A stretch of 64,000 nucleotides of DNA, from positions 25,070,398-25,134,397 of the forward strand of contig NC_068993.1 of the NCBI RefSeq assembly GCF_001194135.2. The letters are read 5' to 3'. The first letter of the stretch is position 1, and the number at the start of each line of letters is the position of its first letter. The notes under the pieces were generated by a model. The model was not told the DNA's origin. It did not search any database and saw nothing but the letters and a program-made list of their open reading frames with translations. Origin of the DNA: Octopus bimaculoides (lineage: Eukaryota). Shown piece after piece: positions 11,224 through 25,331 of the stretch. Position numbers and translations under genes: made by a program.

Positions 11224-12517
11224 AAATAGAGATGTGTGTGTATTCGCTTATCACGTGAAAACGGCTTCACCATTTACTTCCATACTTGTGATGCATGAAT
11301 AATTTTACCTCAAATAAATGTTAGGCTCTTCATTTGATTTTTTTTATTAAAAATAAATAATATTGCTTTATATTTAAGATTCACTTCTTTAAAGAGGTTC
11401 CTCAATGTCAACTTCCGGTAGCCATAGTTTTTTTTTCACTTTAACTTCAATCGTTACTGTTCTCACTAAAAGTTTACGTTTTCAATTGCTAACAAGTTCA
11501 CATTTACTGGTGTAAGTAATTTCATAATTTACGAACAGAAGTACGGTTTTGTGTTTTCCTGTTGCTGAGGGTTTTTTTTTCTTCTGGTACCTTCGATACT
11601 GGCTCTTTGGTTCACTGAGTGACAAATTTCGCTTCAACCTGTACAATACTTTATTTTTCGTTAAAATTTCTTATTGACTTTCTGCCTGTCGTATTCAAAA
11701 ACATAATTTCCGTTACCAAGTTATTTTCATTGTTTACTATCTTCTGCACTCGTGTATTTCTGTATACGTATATAACCATGCCTAGAAGGAAAATGTCAAA
11801 TTTGTCTATAAAATCAAGGTCAGCCAAAAGAACGTGTCTGTCCAGAAAAAGAGAGACAGCTGCAGAAAGGGAAGCACGCCAAGAAAAAAACACACTGTGC
11901 ACTACAAAAGCCAGAGCATCTGAAAGTGATGAACAGAGGTATGCCCGACTGACAAGGAATAGGATCTCCACTGCAGAACGAAGAGCAGTTGCAACAGCTC
12001 AGAGAAGCAACTTCTATGAAGCAGCTTTCAATTATGATCCAGCAGTTCATTATGCGGATGACACTAGAGTTTCCATTAATGCAATGACAACTGAGTGCAT
12101 TCATTGTAAAGCACCAAATGCTTCCATACTTGTGATGCATGAATAATTTGACCTCGGATAAATGTTAGGCTCTTCATTTGATTTTTTAAATTAAAAATAA
12201 ATAATATTGCTTTATATTTATGATTCACTTCTTTAAAAAGGTTCCTCAATGTCAAGTTCCGGTATTGACATAACAACGGCAATAAGCTTCACTCTCTACT
12301 TTGACGTTTTTGTACCAAATGCTTACATAATTATGATGCAATGTCAACTTCCCGTATTGACGTAGCAACGGCAAAAAGCTTCATGCTTCCATACTTGTCA
12401 TGCATGAATAATTTGACCTCGGATAAATGTTAGGCTCTTCATATTTATGATTCACTTCTTTAAAAAGGTTCATAAGCAACAATTTCATTCCCGGGCAACG
12501 CCGGGTGGCTCTGCTAG
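11215..12517 (+). mobile_element. Non-autonomous Helitron with Rep N-terminal remnant
   Basis: ORF from ATG 11778, MPRRKMSNL...AAFNYDPAVHY...AMTTECIHCKA, is typical of the Helitron Rep N-terminus. Canonical 3' end: hairpin cccgggcaacgccggg then CTAG (12514-12517) followed by T. The 5' end is blurred by (TA)n. Confidence 0.85.
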
Positions 12518-12545
12518 TATATATATATATATATATATATACATA

Positions 12546-12761
12546 CAGTAATCCCTCACCATGTTGCAGTTCACCTATCATGGTTTATTATTTAAGCTTA
12601 TGTCGATTCTTCTGTGATGTTTTACATTTATAATAAAATATATACAAATCATAAAAGTAAAAAAAAAAAATATACAGTACAGTACTGTTTCTACTTTGCG
12701 GATTTTCACCTATCACAGGGGGTTTGGGAACATAACACCTGCAATAGTCAAGGGATTACTG
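12546..12761. mobile_element. pogo/Tigger-type MITE
   Basis: TA|CAGTAATCCCT...AGGGATTACTG TIRs. A partial copy lies at 23246-23300. Confidence 0.75.
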
Positions 12762-12772
12762 TGTATATATAA

Positions 12773-13325
12773 TCATCGTTTAACATCCACTTCCCATGCT
12801 GGCATGGGTTGGACAGTTTGACTGAGGAGTGGCAAGCCAGAAGGCTGCACTAGGCTCCAATCTGATCTGGCTTGGTTTCTACAGCTGGATGCCCTTCCTA
12901 ATGCCAACCACTCCGAGAGTGTAGTGGGTGCTTTTTATGTGCCACCGGCATGGGAGCCAGTCAGGCAGCATTAGCATCGACCATGCTTGAATGGTGTTTT
13001 TTATGTGCCACTGGTACAATGCCAGTCAAGCAGCACTGGCATCAACAACACTCAAATGAAGCTTTTTATGTGCCACAGTTACGGGAGCCAGTCAAACTGC
13101 ACTGGCATCAACCATGCTCGAATAGTGCTTTTTACATACCACCAGCATGAGAGCCAATCAAGCGGCACTGGCATCAACCACACTTGAATGGTGCTTTTTA
13201 CGTGCCACCAGCATGGGTGCCAGTCAGGTGGCAATGGTATCGGCCACACTTGTGATGCATGAATAATTTGACCTCGGATAAATGGGTGCCAGTCAGGTGG
13301 CAATGGTATCGGCCACACTCAAATG
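12773..13325 (-). mobile_element. RTE-type LINE 3' UTR with internal 60-68-bp tandem subrepeats
   Basis: Family tail plus repeated ggtgctttttatgtgccaccggcatgggagccagtcagg units. Confidence 0.75.
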
Positions 13326-13472
13326 GTGCTCTTTAGTTTCCATCCACCAAATCCACTCACAAGACTGTGAGATGCCCGAGGCTATAGAAGACAATTGCTC
13401 AAGGTGCCACACAGTGGGACTGAACCATGTAGTTGGGAAGCAAACTTCTTACCACATAGCCATGCCTGCACC
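13325..13472 (-). mobile_element. SINE family A head fragment (another at about 13780-13955)
   Basis: tRNA-like head sequence as in the other copies. Confidence 0.7.
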
Positions 13473-14589
13473 TATGCAAGGAATAGCTAATGATCTAGTT
13501 GCAATACATCTGCAAGAGTTTCCTTGGTAATTAATGCACAAATGCTCTTTCTAAGATCTAATTTTCTGGATAAGAGATTACTAGAACATATCTTCATCAT
13601 CATTTTAACATCTACTATGCCATATTTGCATGTGTTGGACAGAATTTGTTGAGCTGGATTTTCTATAATCAGAAGCCTTTCCTGTTACTAATTCCAACCT
13701 GTTTGTTCACAAGATTAGAAACAAAGGACACTGCTTACTTGATGGTGACACTAGTTTACAACTCTCACATGGTGTCAAGGCAAGAAACAGTTAAAACACA
13801 CACACACATATAACAGACTTCTTTCAATTTTCGTCAACTAAATTCATTCACAATGATTTAGTTGGCCCAAGGCTATAGTAAAAGACACATGCAGTGAACC
13901 AAACCCGGAACCATGAGGGTGGGAAACAAATTTCTTACAACACAGCCATGCCTGCACCAAATATTATAATTTACATTGTTTGAATTATTTAAAAATTACC
14001 AAAAATTATTTTTAAATGACCAATATTTCAATTTTTAAAAAATCATTTAAAGATTTAACGATGTAATTACAGCTTAGTGCTCAATCTTGACTTTGTTTCC
14101 TCATGCATAATTTTCAATGAAATTTTGTAGTGATACATTGTTGAAGATGTAAATTACAAATATGTTGATAAAATTAAAATAAAGAAAAATTCATACCCTT
14201 TTAACCACCCAACAGCTTGCTCAAAATTATTGTACAACTGTATCTATGACATTCTCTTAATTGATAATTATTACCATTGATGATAAAAAAAAAGGCAGCT
14301 ATTTTTTAGCAGACAACAGTACAAATTGAATGTAATCAATACAAATCAAAATGATTTATATTTGTAGGCCATATGTGAAATGGGAAACTTTTTTTCCATG
14401 CTTTCCAATTAATGTTGACAATAACATCACTCAGAATAATGTCATAGATTTTTACTTTGATTTTTTTTGTTTATTGTTGCTGTGCAATGATTTTGAGCAA
14501 GTTATTGAATGCTTAACAAAAAAGGTATGGACTTATTCTCTTTTTGAGTTAAAAAAAAGTTAATGCAACAAAATTCCACTAACAATTGT

Positions 14590-14830
14590 AATCATCATCA
14601 TCATCATCATCATCGTTTAACGTCCGCTTTCCATGCTAGCATGGGTTGGACGATTTGACTGAGGACTGGTGAAACTGGATGGCAACACCAGGCTCCAATC
14701 TAAATTTGGCAGAGTTTCTACAGCTGGATGCCCTTCCTAACGCCAACCACTCAGAGAGTGTAGTAGGTGCTTTTACGTGTCACCTGCACAAAGGCCAGTC
14801 AGGTGATACTGGCAACGGCCACACATCTTC
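14590..14830 (-). mobile_element. RTE-type LINE 3' end
   Basis: (CAT)n gtttaacgtccgctttccatgctagcatggg tail. Confidence 0.8.
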
Positions 14831-15419
14831 AAAAATGCATCTCTACAAAATTTCATTAAAAATTTAGGAAATTATGAAGAAACNNNNNNNNNNNNNNNNN
14901 NNNNNNNNNNNNNNNNNNNNNNNNNNNNNNNNNNNNNNNNNNNNNNNNNNNNNNNNNNNNNNNNNNNNNNNNNNNNNNNNNNNNNNNNNNNNNNNNNNNN
15001 NNNNNNNNNNNNNNNNNNNNNNNNNNNNNNNNNNNNNNNNNNNNNNNNNNNNNNNNNNNNNNNNNNNNNNNNNNNNNNNNNNNNNNNNNNNNNNNNNNNN
15101 NNNNNNNNNNNNNNNNNNNNNNNNNNNNNNNNNNNNNNNNNNNNNNNNNNNNNNNNNNNNNNNNNNNNNNNNNNNNNNNNNNNNNNNNNNNNNNNNNNNN
15201 NNNNNNNNNNNNNNNNNNNNNNNNNNNNNNNNNNNNNNNNNNNNNNNNNNNNNNNNNNNNNNNAAGAAAATAGTGGTCATTCAACTGCATGACTTTGCTA
15301 CAAAATCCATTATATTTTCATTTAGTGTTCAGCAGCACCCTCACAGCATATTGTGGCACTAACCTCAAGGACTGCTATTCACAAGAAAAGTTAGCAAAAG
15401 TTCGAAAATTGTACATGAT

Positions 15420-15900
15420 GATGATCATCATCATTTAACGTCCGTTTTCCATGCTGGCATGGGTTGGACAGTTTGACTGGGGACTGGCAAGCCAGGAGGC
15501 TGCACCAGGCTCCAATCTGATCTGGCAATGTTTCTACAGCTGGATGCCCTTCCTAACGCCAACCACTGAGAGTGTAGTGGGTGCTTTTTACATACCACTG
15601 GCATGGGAGCCAGTCAGGTGGCACTGGCAGTGGCCTGTGCTACCAGCACAGGAGACAGTCGGGGCAGGGGGCTGGCTTTGACCTCGTTCAGATGGTGCAT
15701 TTTACATGTCACCAGCATGGGGAGCCAGTCAAATAGCACTGGCAATGACCTATGCGTGAATGATGCTTATTGCATGCTACCAGGCAGCACTGGTATTGGC
15801 CACAACTACAATTTCCATTTTGATTTGACTGAGATCGTGATTTTGATTTTACTTGACTCAAAGGTCTCCTCAAGCATGGCATGTTGCCTGATGATTCAAA
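15420..15900 (-). mobile_element. RTE-type LINE 3' end
   Basis: Same tail and 3' UTR. Confidence 0.75.
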
Positions 15901-16892
15901 GTACTTTTTATATTTATCTCACAAAATATATCTTTCTAAAAAATGCAATCAGAGAAAGGAGAGATCATTTGTTAACCTAATGACGTTCAAGTAGAATGTT
16001 GAATGAAATAAATTTTGTTGATTACTATGCTGAGGAAAAAAAACTATGGCTGTGACATAATTGTTGTTCTTTACCCACAATTATGGCAACACTTGAATGC
16101 TAAGGGTGCTGTTTTATTCTATCTCTGAATGCAGAAGTCAATGTCTCACCAGATGGTGAAACAACTCTGTAGGTGTATCAGCCTCTTCCACTGCAACACA
16201 AGAACTGCCTGAGGCCACCCACCGATGCAGACAAAAAAACTCCCCCACAACAGCACAAGCTTTGTTGAACCATATTTATTTATACACATCTAAAAAGTCA
16301 GTGTTGTGGGGAGACAGTAGGAAGATGGAGGTAAAAGGCACGAGTTTTCTTGCCTTGTGACTAATAAAAAAGTTCAATACACCTGAAGTACCAAGAGATT
16401 GAGAGGTTACTTGAATTTCCAAATTATGTTACGGACAGGTACAGTTAGAAGTTTAGAATCACAGGGATCCCTTGTTTACAGACCAAAGAAAGGGTGCTGT
16501 CATGACAGTTGTGTTTATTTCAATGGTTTAAAACAAAAGGGCCCCTAATATTTCAGAATTATAATAACCAAAAATCTCAGTTAGATCAAACAGAGTAATT
16601 TGCCCACCCTCTTGTCAATCCTCACAGACCAACAGTACCAGTCCAGTTACTAGGGTCAATTATTTTACCTGCATCCTCTCCCCTCATTATTTGTTGGTAT
16701 GTACCAAGGTAAGAAATCAACATCATAACTTCGCTTCACGTAGCATTAAGTTGTAAGCTCATTTTTCTTTCCCTATCATCAACTTTTGTAATATACTAAT
16801 ATCAATAATGCAATGATATTTTAAAAAATGAATCTAATATAATAATGGGCACAGTGTTTTTATATATTTGTGTGTATGTGTATATATATGTG

Positions 16893-16925
<33 letters not shown>

Positions 16926-17094
16926 AGATATATATATATATATATATACCTATATTTGTCCAAAATCACAGAGTATGAGAAAGAGTAGTATAAGTGAAGG
17001 GAGAGGAGAGAAAATAGTAATTCAGTGAAGAAGTAGAGTAAATAGCCATGACTGAGTGATAGAAAGTAATAGTGATGAAAGACTGAAAAGAAAC

Positions 17095-17520
17095 AGGTCT
17101 TCCTTGGCTTCAACTGCCTTGAGTACGTCAGAACAGATTTCAACCTTTCTGTCCTTCAAATCAGATGTCAACGGCTGAGGTACCCATTTTGCACACAATT
17201 TCTGATACCCAAAGTTTTATACCATCCTCTGTAATATTACCATGGTCCAGTTGTACTGAAAGCTTCATTGTGACTCATCTGTCTATGTGAATCAATTCAT
17301 CCACTTGTTGGCAATTAGAGTCAGGGGTCACAGCCAGTGACCTTCCACTGTAGGTTCTGTCTTCATTGTTGGTTTTCCTTGCTTTAAACTTCATCTATCC
17401 ATGCACATTGCCCTTGTTAGTGTAAATAACCTGTAATCTTCTGTGGATGTCAGACAGCCTGCAACCCTCTTTCATCAAGAACTCAAAGATAGCATGCTGC
17501 TTCTGCTTGGAAGCCATTAT
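17095..17520 (-). mobile_element. mariner transposase N-terminal fragment
   Basis: MASKQKQHAIFEFLMKEGCRLSDIHRRLQVIY... and, after a frameshift, CAKWVPQPLTSDLKDRKVEIC (WVP motif). Confidence 0.7.
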
Positions 17521-18059
17521 TTGTCGACAGTGAAGAACAGGAAGAAGAATTACTTTGCCAATTTGAATGATCTATGTTAGTAAATACAAAAATAATGCTA
17601 CTTTTGCATTACTTCTTATATAATCCTTCATTATAAAATTTTTAAGAATCAGTGTTAAGTTATTAAATAAATCCTTAGTAGTATTAAAAGGGGAAAGAGT
17701 ATAAGAAAAAAAGCTTTATAGTATTTCACCCCATGACAAAATGTCATTATTTGGCTATATTACTCCACTATAAAATGTATGTAAAAACAAGTGAATTTAG
17801 TAAGTATGATAATAGTACAAAAATGGATCAATTCATTGAGAAAAAGTCATGCATTATGAGAATAAAATCATAGTGGTCATTCAACATCACAAACTTGAAA
17901 GAAATGGTGCAGAAATGGATCTAGCTGAACAACAAGCATGACATACAGAAGACATCTACGATGACCATCAGTTTAATTAGTCATTTCAAACTAGTGATTA
18001 TAGAGAATAGATGTTATGGTTACGTTTCTAATTTCATACTTTTATCTGATTCTAGGTGA

Positions 18060-18125
18060 TTGGTTAAGAGAAAGATATGCTACTCATATAAAGATATTGG
18101 TCATTTTGCAAGTATATGCAAATCA
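18060..18125 (+). pseudogene. Degenerate CCHC zinc-knuckle remnant (retroelement gag-like)
   Basis: CYSYKDIGHFASIC fits CX2CX4HX4C with the second C replaced by Y. No supporting ORF. Confidence 0.3.
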
Positions 18126-18464
18126 ACCAGTCCCACAACTTCAGTAAAATTTCTGTTCGCATTAATATACACGGCAATTAACATCAATAATCAACGTCGT
18201 AATTGTGTTAACATCCACTTTTCTATGCTTACATGGATAAGATGGAGTTTGTTCAGATAGATTTTCAACAGTTGAATGCATTTCTTGTCACCAACTGTCA
18301 CTTATTTCCAAACAAGGAAATATTTTCCTATAACATGTTTTCATAGAAGACTAGAAACAAATGGTACCTTTTGTAAAACAGCAACAGTGACATAGGTTTA
18401 AATTATCATTTGATGCCCAAACAAGGAGGCATAAACACATATATACATATGCACATAGTATGTT

Positions 18465-19260
18465 TATATCATCATCATCATTATTTAATGTCCATCTTCC
18501 ATGCTGGCATGGGTTGGACAGCTTGACAGGAACTGGCAAAGACCACAGGCAGCACGAGGTACCATACACTGTTTTGACTTGGTTTCTACAGCCCTTCTAA
18601 ATCCAACCACTTTAGAGTGTACTGGGCACTTTGTACATGACACCATCACCAATGCCTTTTACATGGCCATCAGTAGGCTCAGCATTTTGAGATTGGCCTT
18701 CAGTACTTCATCCCATGTCTTCTGGGGTCTCTCTCTTCCACAACTATATATCATCATCATCATTTAATGACTACTTTCCTTGCTGGCATGGGTTGAACAG
18801 TCTGACAGGAGCTGGCCAGCTGCAGAGCTGCCCAGACTCTGGTTTGGAATGGTTTCTATGGCTGGATACCCTTCCTAATGCCAACCACTTAACAGGATAT
18901 GCGGAGTACTTTTATAAGTCACCAGCATGGGTGCAATTACATGCCACCAGCACTAAGTGCATCTTATGTGGCACTGGCATGAGTGCATCTTATGTGGCAC
19001 TGGCATGAGTGCATTTTACATGGTACTGGCACCTGCAAGACAAAGACCTCTCAATCGGTAGAGGGAGTGAAGGCATGGCCATAAAGGACAAGCCTGTATG
19101 TATGGATGGTCATGATTTTGCTTAGCTTGCTATGTCTTTTCCAGGACAGCAAATCGTCACAAGTCCCAATCCCTTGTTATCTCCTCAGTGAGGCTCAACA
19201 TTTAAAAATCCTTTCTCACCATTTCATCCCACATCTTCTTGGATCTACCCTCACCCGTAT
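18465..19260 (-). mobile_element. Two adjacent RTE-type LINE 3' ends
   Basis: (CAT)n tails at about 18470 and 18750. A 26-bp internal tandem duplication lies near 18957-19010. Confidence 0.7.
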
Positions 19261-19705
19261 GTGTGTGTGTGTGTGTGTGTGTGGTAACAATATTCTGTAT
19301 TTTCTAAATTTATACCCTTGTAACAAAGTAAGAAATGATGGTTAATAATGTTTATTATTAGGATTGATTACACAGTTGTGATGTTTAGATTAAAAAAGAT
19401 AATTGCTATAAATATATTACATTCATATATATAATTAAGTTGACCTCTGTTAATTTAAACACATGATGCATGATAATTCTGATTTACAGCTGAGCAAGTA
19501 TTAAAATATGAAGATCACTGATCCATGATGGCCCAGGCTATTAATATGTCTGATCACTTCAAACCACAAAGAGAAAGAGCTTTATGAATGTCAACCATTC
19601 TAATCAGAGCCATTATCTCTATACAATATCATTTTTAACATATGCTTCTTGATTTGTTGTTTTATTATTTACATACATATGTATCTGTATGCATGAGTGT
19701 ATGTG

Positions 19706-19751
<46 letters not shown>

Positions 19752-19819
19752 CATCATCATCATTTAACATCCATCTTCCATGCATGCATGGGTAGGATGG
19801 TTGATAGGAGCTGGATTCC

Positions 19820-22800
19820 ATGCTGTGCATGGTGGTTATGGCTTTGGCCATAAAAAGGAGGAGAGAAGAAGACTACTGGAGTTCTGTGATGCAAATGATC
19901 TCACGATCTGCAACACTAACTTCAGAAAATCAGCAAGCTAGCCACCTAATCACTTATCAGTCTGGTGAAAATATAAGCCAGGTTGATTACCTCTTCATCA
20001 GGCAACAAGATAGGCTGATGCTCACAAATGTGAAGAATGTATACCCCAACGTAGGCTACTAGTTTGTAACTTTAAAATTAAGGCTAGAGAGACTTGGAGA
20101 AATAAACCATGCTGGAAAAGAAGATTATGGAAGCTCAAAAACCCAGCAAACCAACAGAAATCTAGAGACATTCTACTGGAAGCCTATGATGATAGAGAGG
20201 AGGAGGAGGAAGGAACATATAGCTTAGAAAACAACTGGAAGTTCCTGTGGGACAATTTACTGGGTGCCACTGATTAAATCTGTGGCTGGTGCAAAGTCCC
20301 AGCTAGGCTGAGAGTGACATGGTGGTGGAACAAGGAGATGGATAGCACTATAAAAACAAAGAAACAGGTCTGGAAAGATTAGAAAAATGGTGGAAGCAGA
20401 GCATTATATCAGGGAGCCAGAATGGGAAGGTAGGAAACAGATTTACATAGCAAAACAAATAGCAGAAGGTAAGAAGTTTGCCAATAAGGATCAGAGGCAT
20501 GACGTGTTCAGGATTGCAAAGCAGTGAATCAGAGAGAATAGAGATGTGGTAGGAGAGAAATGCATACGAATGGATAATGGTATGTTTGTGCTTAGTGACT
20601 CAGAGAAAAAGGATGTGTGGAGATACCATTATAAAAGGTTATTAAATGTGGAGAATGATTGGAAGGTGAGTCTTTCAAATATCAAACCAATTGAGGGACC
20701 AGCCATCTTAGTGGATAACAGTAAGACAATTAAGGATATGAAGGCAGGAAAAGCCCATGGACCATCGGGTGTCACTGCCGAGATGATTAAAATATCAGGC
20801 AGTGTGGGATACAGCCTAATCACTCGCATAGTTAATCAGGTTATTCAGGAAGGCATCATCCTCAAAGACTGGTGTAGTAGTGTTATAGTTAGCTGTTACA
20901 AGAGTAATGGTGATGCCTTACACAGAAACAACTACAAAGGTATCAAACAGGTAGACCGGGTCATGAAAATTACAGAGCAAGTCATATCTCAACTAATTAG
21001 GAATAGAATTAAACTAGATGAGATGCAGTTTGGTTTTGTTCCTCAGCAAAGTACCACAAATGTCATCTTCCTAGTGAGACAGTTGCAAGAAAACTATCTG
21101 GCCAAAAGTAAACCATTGTACTTAGCCTTCATCAACCTGGAGAAAGCTTTCAACAGGGTTCCCACTCTCTTATCTGGTAGTTTCTAAGGAAGCTAGGCAT
21201 AGAAAAGTGGCTTGTCAGAGTCATACAAGCCATGTACAGTGATGCTGTTAGTAAGGGGAGAGTTGGTCTTGAATACAGTGATGAATTTAGCATACAAGTT
21301 GGGGAACTGCTATATGCTGATGACCTCGTTCTTATTGCAGAATCTGAAGCAGAATTGGAGAAGTTCCAGGTTTGGAATCAAAGGGATCTTAAAGTTAATA
21401 AAGCAAAAACTTAAGTTGTTAGCAAGAAAGCAGATTAGACTTCTTTCCGTCAGGTAAATGGCCCTGCTCAATATGTAGGAAAGGAGTGGGAAGCAATTCC
21501 ATTTGCTGCACCAAGTATAAGCTACTGGTGCATAAGTGATGCAATAGAATCACATGTAGGTTAACAGATAAGATCACTTTTGTGTGTGGCATATGCACAG
21601 GAACAATAAGCACTAAGAGCACGAGGGACTTAGACTTTCTAAAATGCCCAGGAGGCTCTCTTGAGGTAGTAGATAGTTTCTGCTACTTAGGTGACCAAAT
21701 TAGTAACAGTGGTGCATGCTCTGAAATAAGAATAGGATAGAGGAAGTTCAGAGAGCTACTACCTCTGTTGGCAACAAAAGAGCTATCTCAGAATGAACGG
21801 TAGATTGTATGAAGGTTGTGTACAAATGACTATACTACATGGTAATGAGACATGGGCTATGAATGTGGAGGAATGAAGGTAGTATGCTCTGTTAGATTTG
21901 CAACATCAGCATGCATGACCGACAAAGTGCACCTGTGTTGAGAGAGAAGTTAGGCATAAGAGGAATTAAATGTGGTATTCAGGAGAGGAGAATGCGTTGG
22001 TTCGGATGTATGATGCATATGAGTAAGTGCCTGTCACTGAAAGTGGATAGTACCTGTGGAAGAGGGAGACCCAAGAAGACATGGGATGAAGGGGTGAGGA
22101 CTGATCTTAGGATGTTAGGGCTCATGGAGGAAATGACAATGAACTGAGATGTTTGGCAATATGAGGTTCTAGAGAAGACCCGCCCATGTCAACGAAACTG
22201 AGTGCTAGAAGCTTTGTGTCCATCCACATGTAACAACAAACTTTTCACACACCCTACTCCAAGAAACCAAACTACATCCTTTCTAAACTGCATTTTTCTC
22301 TTCTTCACATTTCCTCTTCACAAACTATGATTGCCTCCCACTCTCCTTCTCTGCCCTGCTTTCCCCCACCCATTTCTCTAACCAGGTTTTTGCCAGTCAC
22401 TGCAATCCCCACTCCCTACTGGTACCTTCTTAGCAATACCTGACTCCACATAATATGACCTCTGTACCTATCTCTTCCTTATTCTACCATCACATCTATG
22501 CTCTAATCCATGGATCTCCTCTACAGCAGCACACTTGTTTCTGCCCTTCATTCTTGATCACTCTCTCTCCTTCTTTTATTTTTTACCCCTGACTATGTAT
22601 CTAAGTATTTCCTTTACATCAGCACACCTGTTTCTGTCCTCTTTTTTGTATCTCTCTCTCCCTCTCCTCTTTCTCTTCTCTCTCTCTTGCTGGGTAACCA
22701 TGTACCTCCTCTATAGCAAGGCACCTATTTCTGTCTCTCTATTCTTCTGTCACGCTCTAACCTTTCATCATCTGATACCATATCACCCACTCCAATGCTT

Positions 22801-23010
22801 CCTGTGTTATAACAAAACACACGTTTCTACCTCTCTGTCACACTCTAAACTTTCATCATCTGACATAAGTTCCCCTCCTCAAATGCCCCTCCCCCTCTCA
22901 AGATTCCATGTCTTGCAAGTTACTTGGTGACCCTGCCAGTGCTGGTGCCATGTAAAAAGCATCCAGTCCACACTGTAAAGTGGTTGGCATTTGGAAGGGC
23001 ATCCAGCTGT
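19820..23010 (+). mobile_element. Decayed RTE-clade LINE (APE endonuclease, reverse transcriptase, long 3' UTR)
   Basis: HGGYGFG..RLLEFCDANDLTICNTNF..SHLITYQSG (APE); KAHGPSGVTAEMIK, QFGFVP, FINLEKAFNRVP, ELLYADDLVLIAES (RT); GRGRPKKTW C-terminus. Multiple stops and frameshifts. Confidence 0.9.
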
Positions 23011-23159
23011 AAAAATCGTTCCACAAGTTATTACACCTGTACTTTTACAGGTGTAATAACTTGTCCTGTACTTTTCCATGTTATAATCTTAAGAATATGA
23101 CTTTTCATGCTTGCATTTTTCTATGTAATAACATGAGTAAAATAGTCAAATGAATAACA

Positions 23160-23400
23160 AAGGCATGGCTGTGGGGTTGGGAAATTTGCTTTCCAACCAC
23201 ATGATTTCAGGTTCAGTCACACAGCATGGCACCAAGGGTATGTACAGTAATCCCTTGCCATATCACAGTTCACCTATCACGGTTTATTATTTAAGCTTAC
23301 TGTATTTTCTGCTATAGCCCTAGGCCAACCAAAGCCTTGTGAGTGAATTTGAATGACAAAATTGAAAGAAGCTCATCATATATACATACATATATATGTA
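23160..23400 (+). mobile_element. SINE family A head interrupted by a Tigger-MITE fragment
   Basis: ggcatggctgtgggg...ttcaggttcagtc head, with a tacagtaatccct insertion at 23246. Confidence 0.6.
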
Positions 23401-23928
23401 TATAACAAAACAGCAAGTTAAGAAAACTTCTGGTATTCACCATTATACATGTTTCATTTCCTAATAAGAATCACAGTATGTGAGTATGTATGAATGTATA
23501 TGTTCGTGTGCATGTGTGTGTGTGTGTGTTACTATTTCTTTGTCTTGACATGGCATGATACTTCTAAACGAGCATCACTGCCATGTAAGTGGTGTCCTTT
23601 GTTTCCACTCTTTGATAAAAGTGTCTGGTCATGGGGGAATATTATGTTGCTTGGAAACAGGTGAGAGATAGTGAGAGTAAGGGCATCCAGCCATAGAGAA
23701 TCTGCTACAATGAAATCCAGTTCACCTATGCAAGCATGAAAAATGGAAGCAATGATGGTGATGGCTGCTGACTTGTACAACAAGATTCAAAACCCATCAT
23801 AGGTTTTAGACATGTCTCTAGGTAGGATACATTGACTCAATCCATCTAGCTTGTCTGTAAAACAGGGGTTACAATGATTCATATCCTATCAAGCAAGGAA
23901 TGCTTTTCTCTCCTCTACTTAATATTAA

Positions 23929-24144
23929 CCTTTTATCATTTAGATTACTTTGTCAAATGAGAAGCTTATTCATTCACATTGTTTTGAATTAATCATGCAT
24001 CACTACATAGCTTTGAAACTTTGAGGATGTGATTATTTCTAGAGTGACACTGTAGAATACATGCGAGAGGCAGGATTTGGTCAGTTTGAACATAAATTGG
24101 GTAGGATATTTGGGCTGGATATGGCTGGTTTAAATGCTAAAGGG
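23929..24144. mobile_element. piggyBac-type MITE
   Basis: TTAA|CCTTTT...AAAGGG|TTAA. Confidence 0.8.
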
Positions 24145-25234
24145 TTAAAATGATCTGAATTAAAAGTCAGCTTTATGAATCCTGCAATTTGTCACAGGGA
24201 CTCCACTAAGCAAATAAACATTCACTGCTATTGTAGCAACAGAGATATTTGTAAGAGACAAGTGTTATCAGTTATAAAATTTAAGGAGTCTCAAACTGAA
24301 TGTATTTAGATAACATAATTACCATTATGAGCAGTAAAACAGTTGCTATAGCCACAGGAAATAGGTGTTATGTTAATAGAGAATTGATCCAAGCTGAGAG
24401 ATAAGTTTGCTGTTTGTGTATTTTAATAATACAGATCATACTGGAATCCAATACTCAGTTCATCACAATTGTTTCTTGTAACCAAGCAGTTAGAAAGGGA
24501 GCTGCAACAGTAGAACTGCAGGGAAGAGAAGAGTTGTATTTTTAATGTGTCTAACTGAATTGAGGAAATAGTGTGACAGGAGGCAGTAAAAAAAATGATG
24601 ATGAAATTGTGAGTACAACACTGCTAAAGAAGACAATGGTGATAACAGTGAGTCACTGCTGAGAAATAACACTCCATCTGACAATCTGCACCTGCTGATT
24701 AGTTACGGTTCAGCAACTATGAGACAGAAATGTTGGGAAAAACTATGAGCTTACTACATATACAACCCATAGCAACTAGTGAATGAGTTCTGTTAACCAT
24801 TTCGATAGCAACCTACCTGGGACTGCACCTAGTTCTAAGAATACAAAATTGATCATTTTAAAAAGTTCATCTTGAAATTTTGTGAGGTCACCAAGTCACT
24901 TACAAGTGCCCCTCAACTGAATGCGTGTTGGGGGAGGGGTAGTATTGAGAGAGGTGGCTTTATGCTAGGTGTTGAACTGTTAAGAAGTATGATAGAGGGA
25001 CAGGAACAGGTGTCTTGCTGAAGAGGAGATACAGGCTTCCTCTGCTAGAAAGAGAAAGAAAGAGATGGTGTACCCTCAAGATACATGGAGAGAAGAGGGA
25101 TGAAAAATCAGGTAGATAAGGTCATGAGCATGTGAAAGAAGAATGACAGATGATTAAAGATGGGGATAGAAGTGGATTCAGTGAATGGGGTGGAGTGGGG
25201 TGGCACATGTGTGGAGGTATGGCCAATGGTGAAT

Positions 25235-25300
25235 ATTGTTATACTTGGGGATGGTCATCTTTTGGCAGTTAAGTATTTATTTGATCTTCACTTTAGTTTA

Positions 25301-25331
<31 letters not shown>

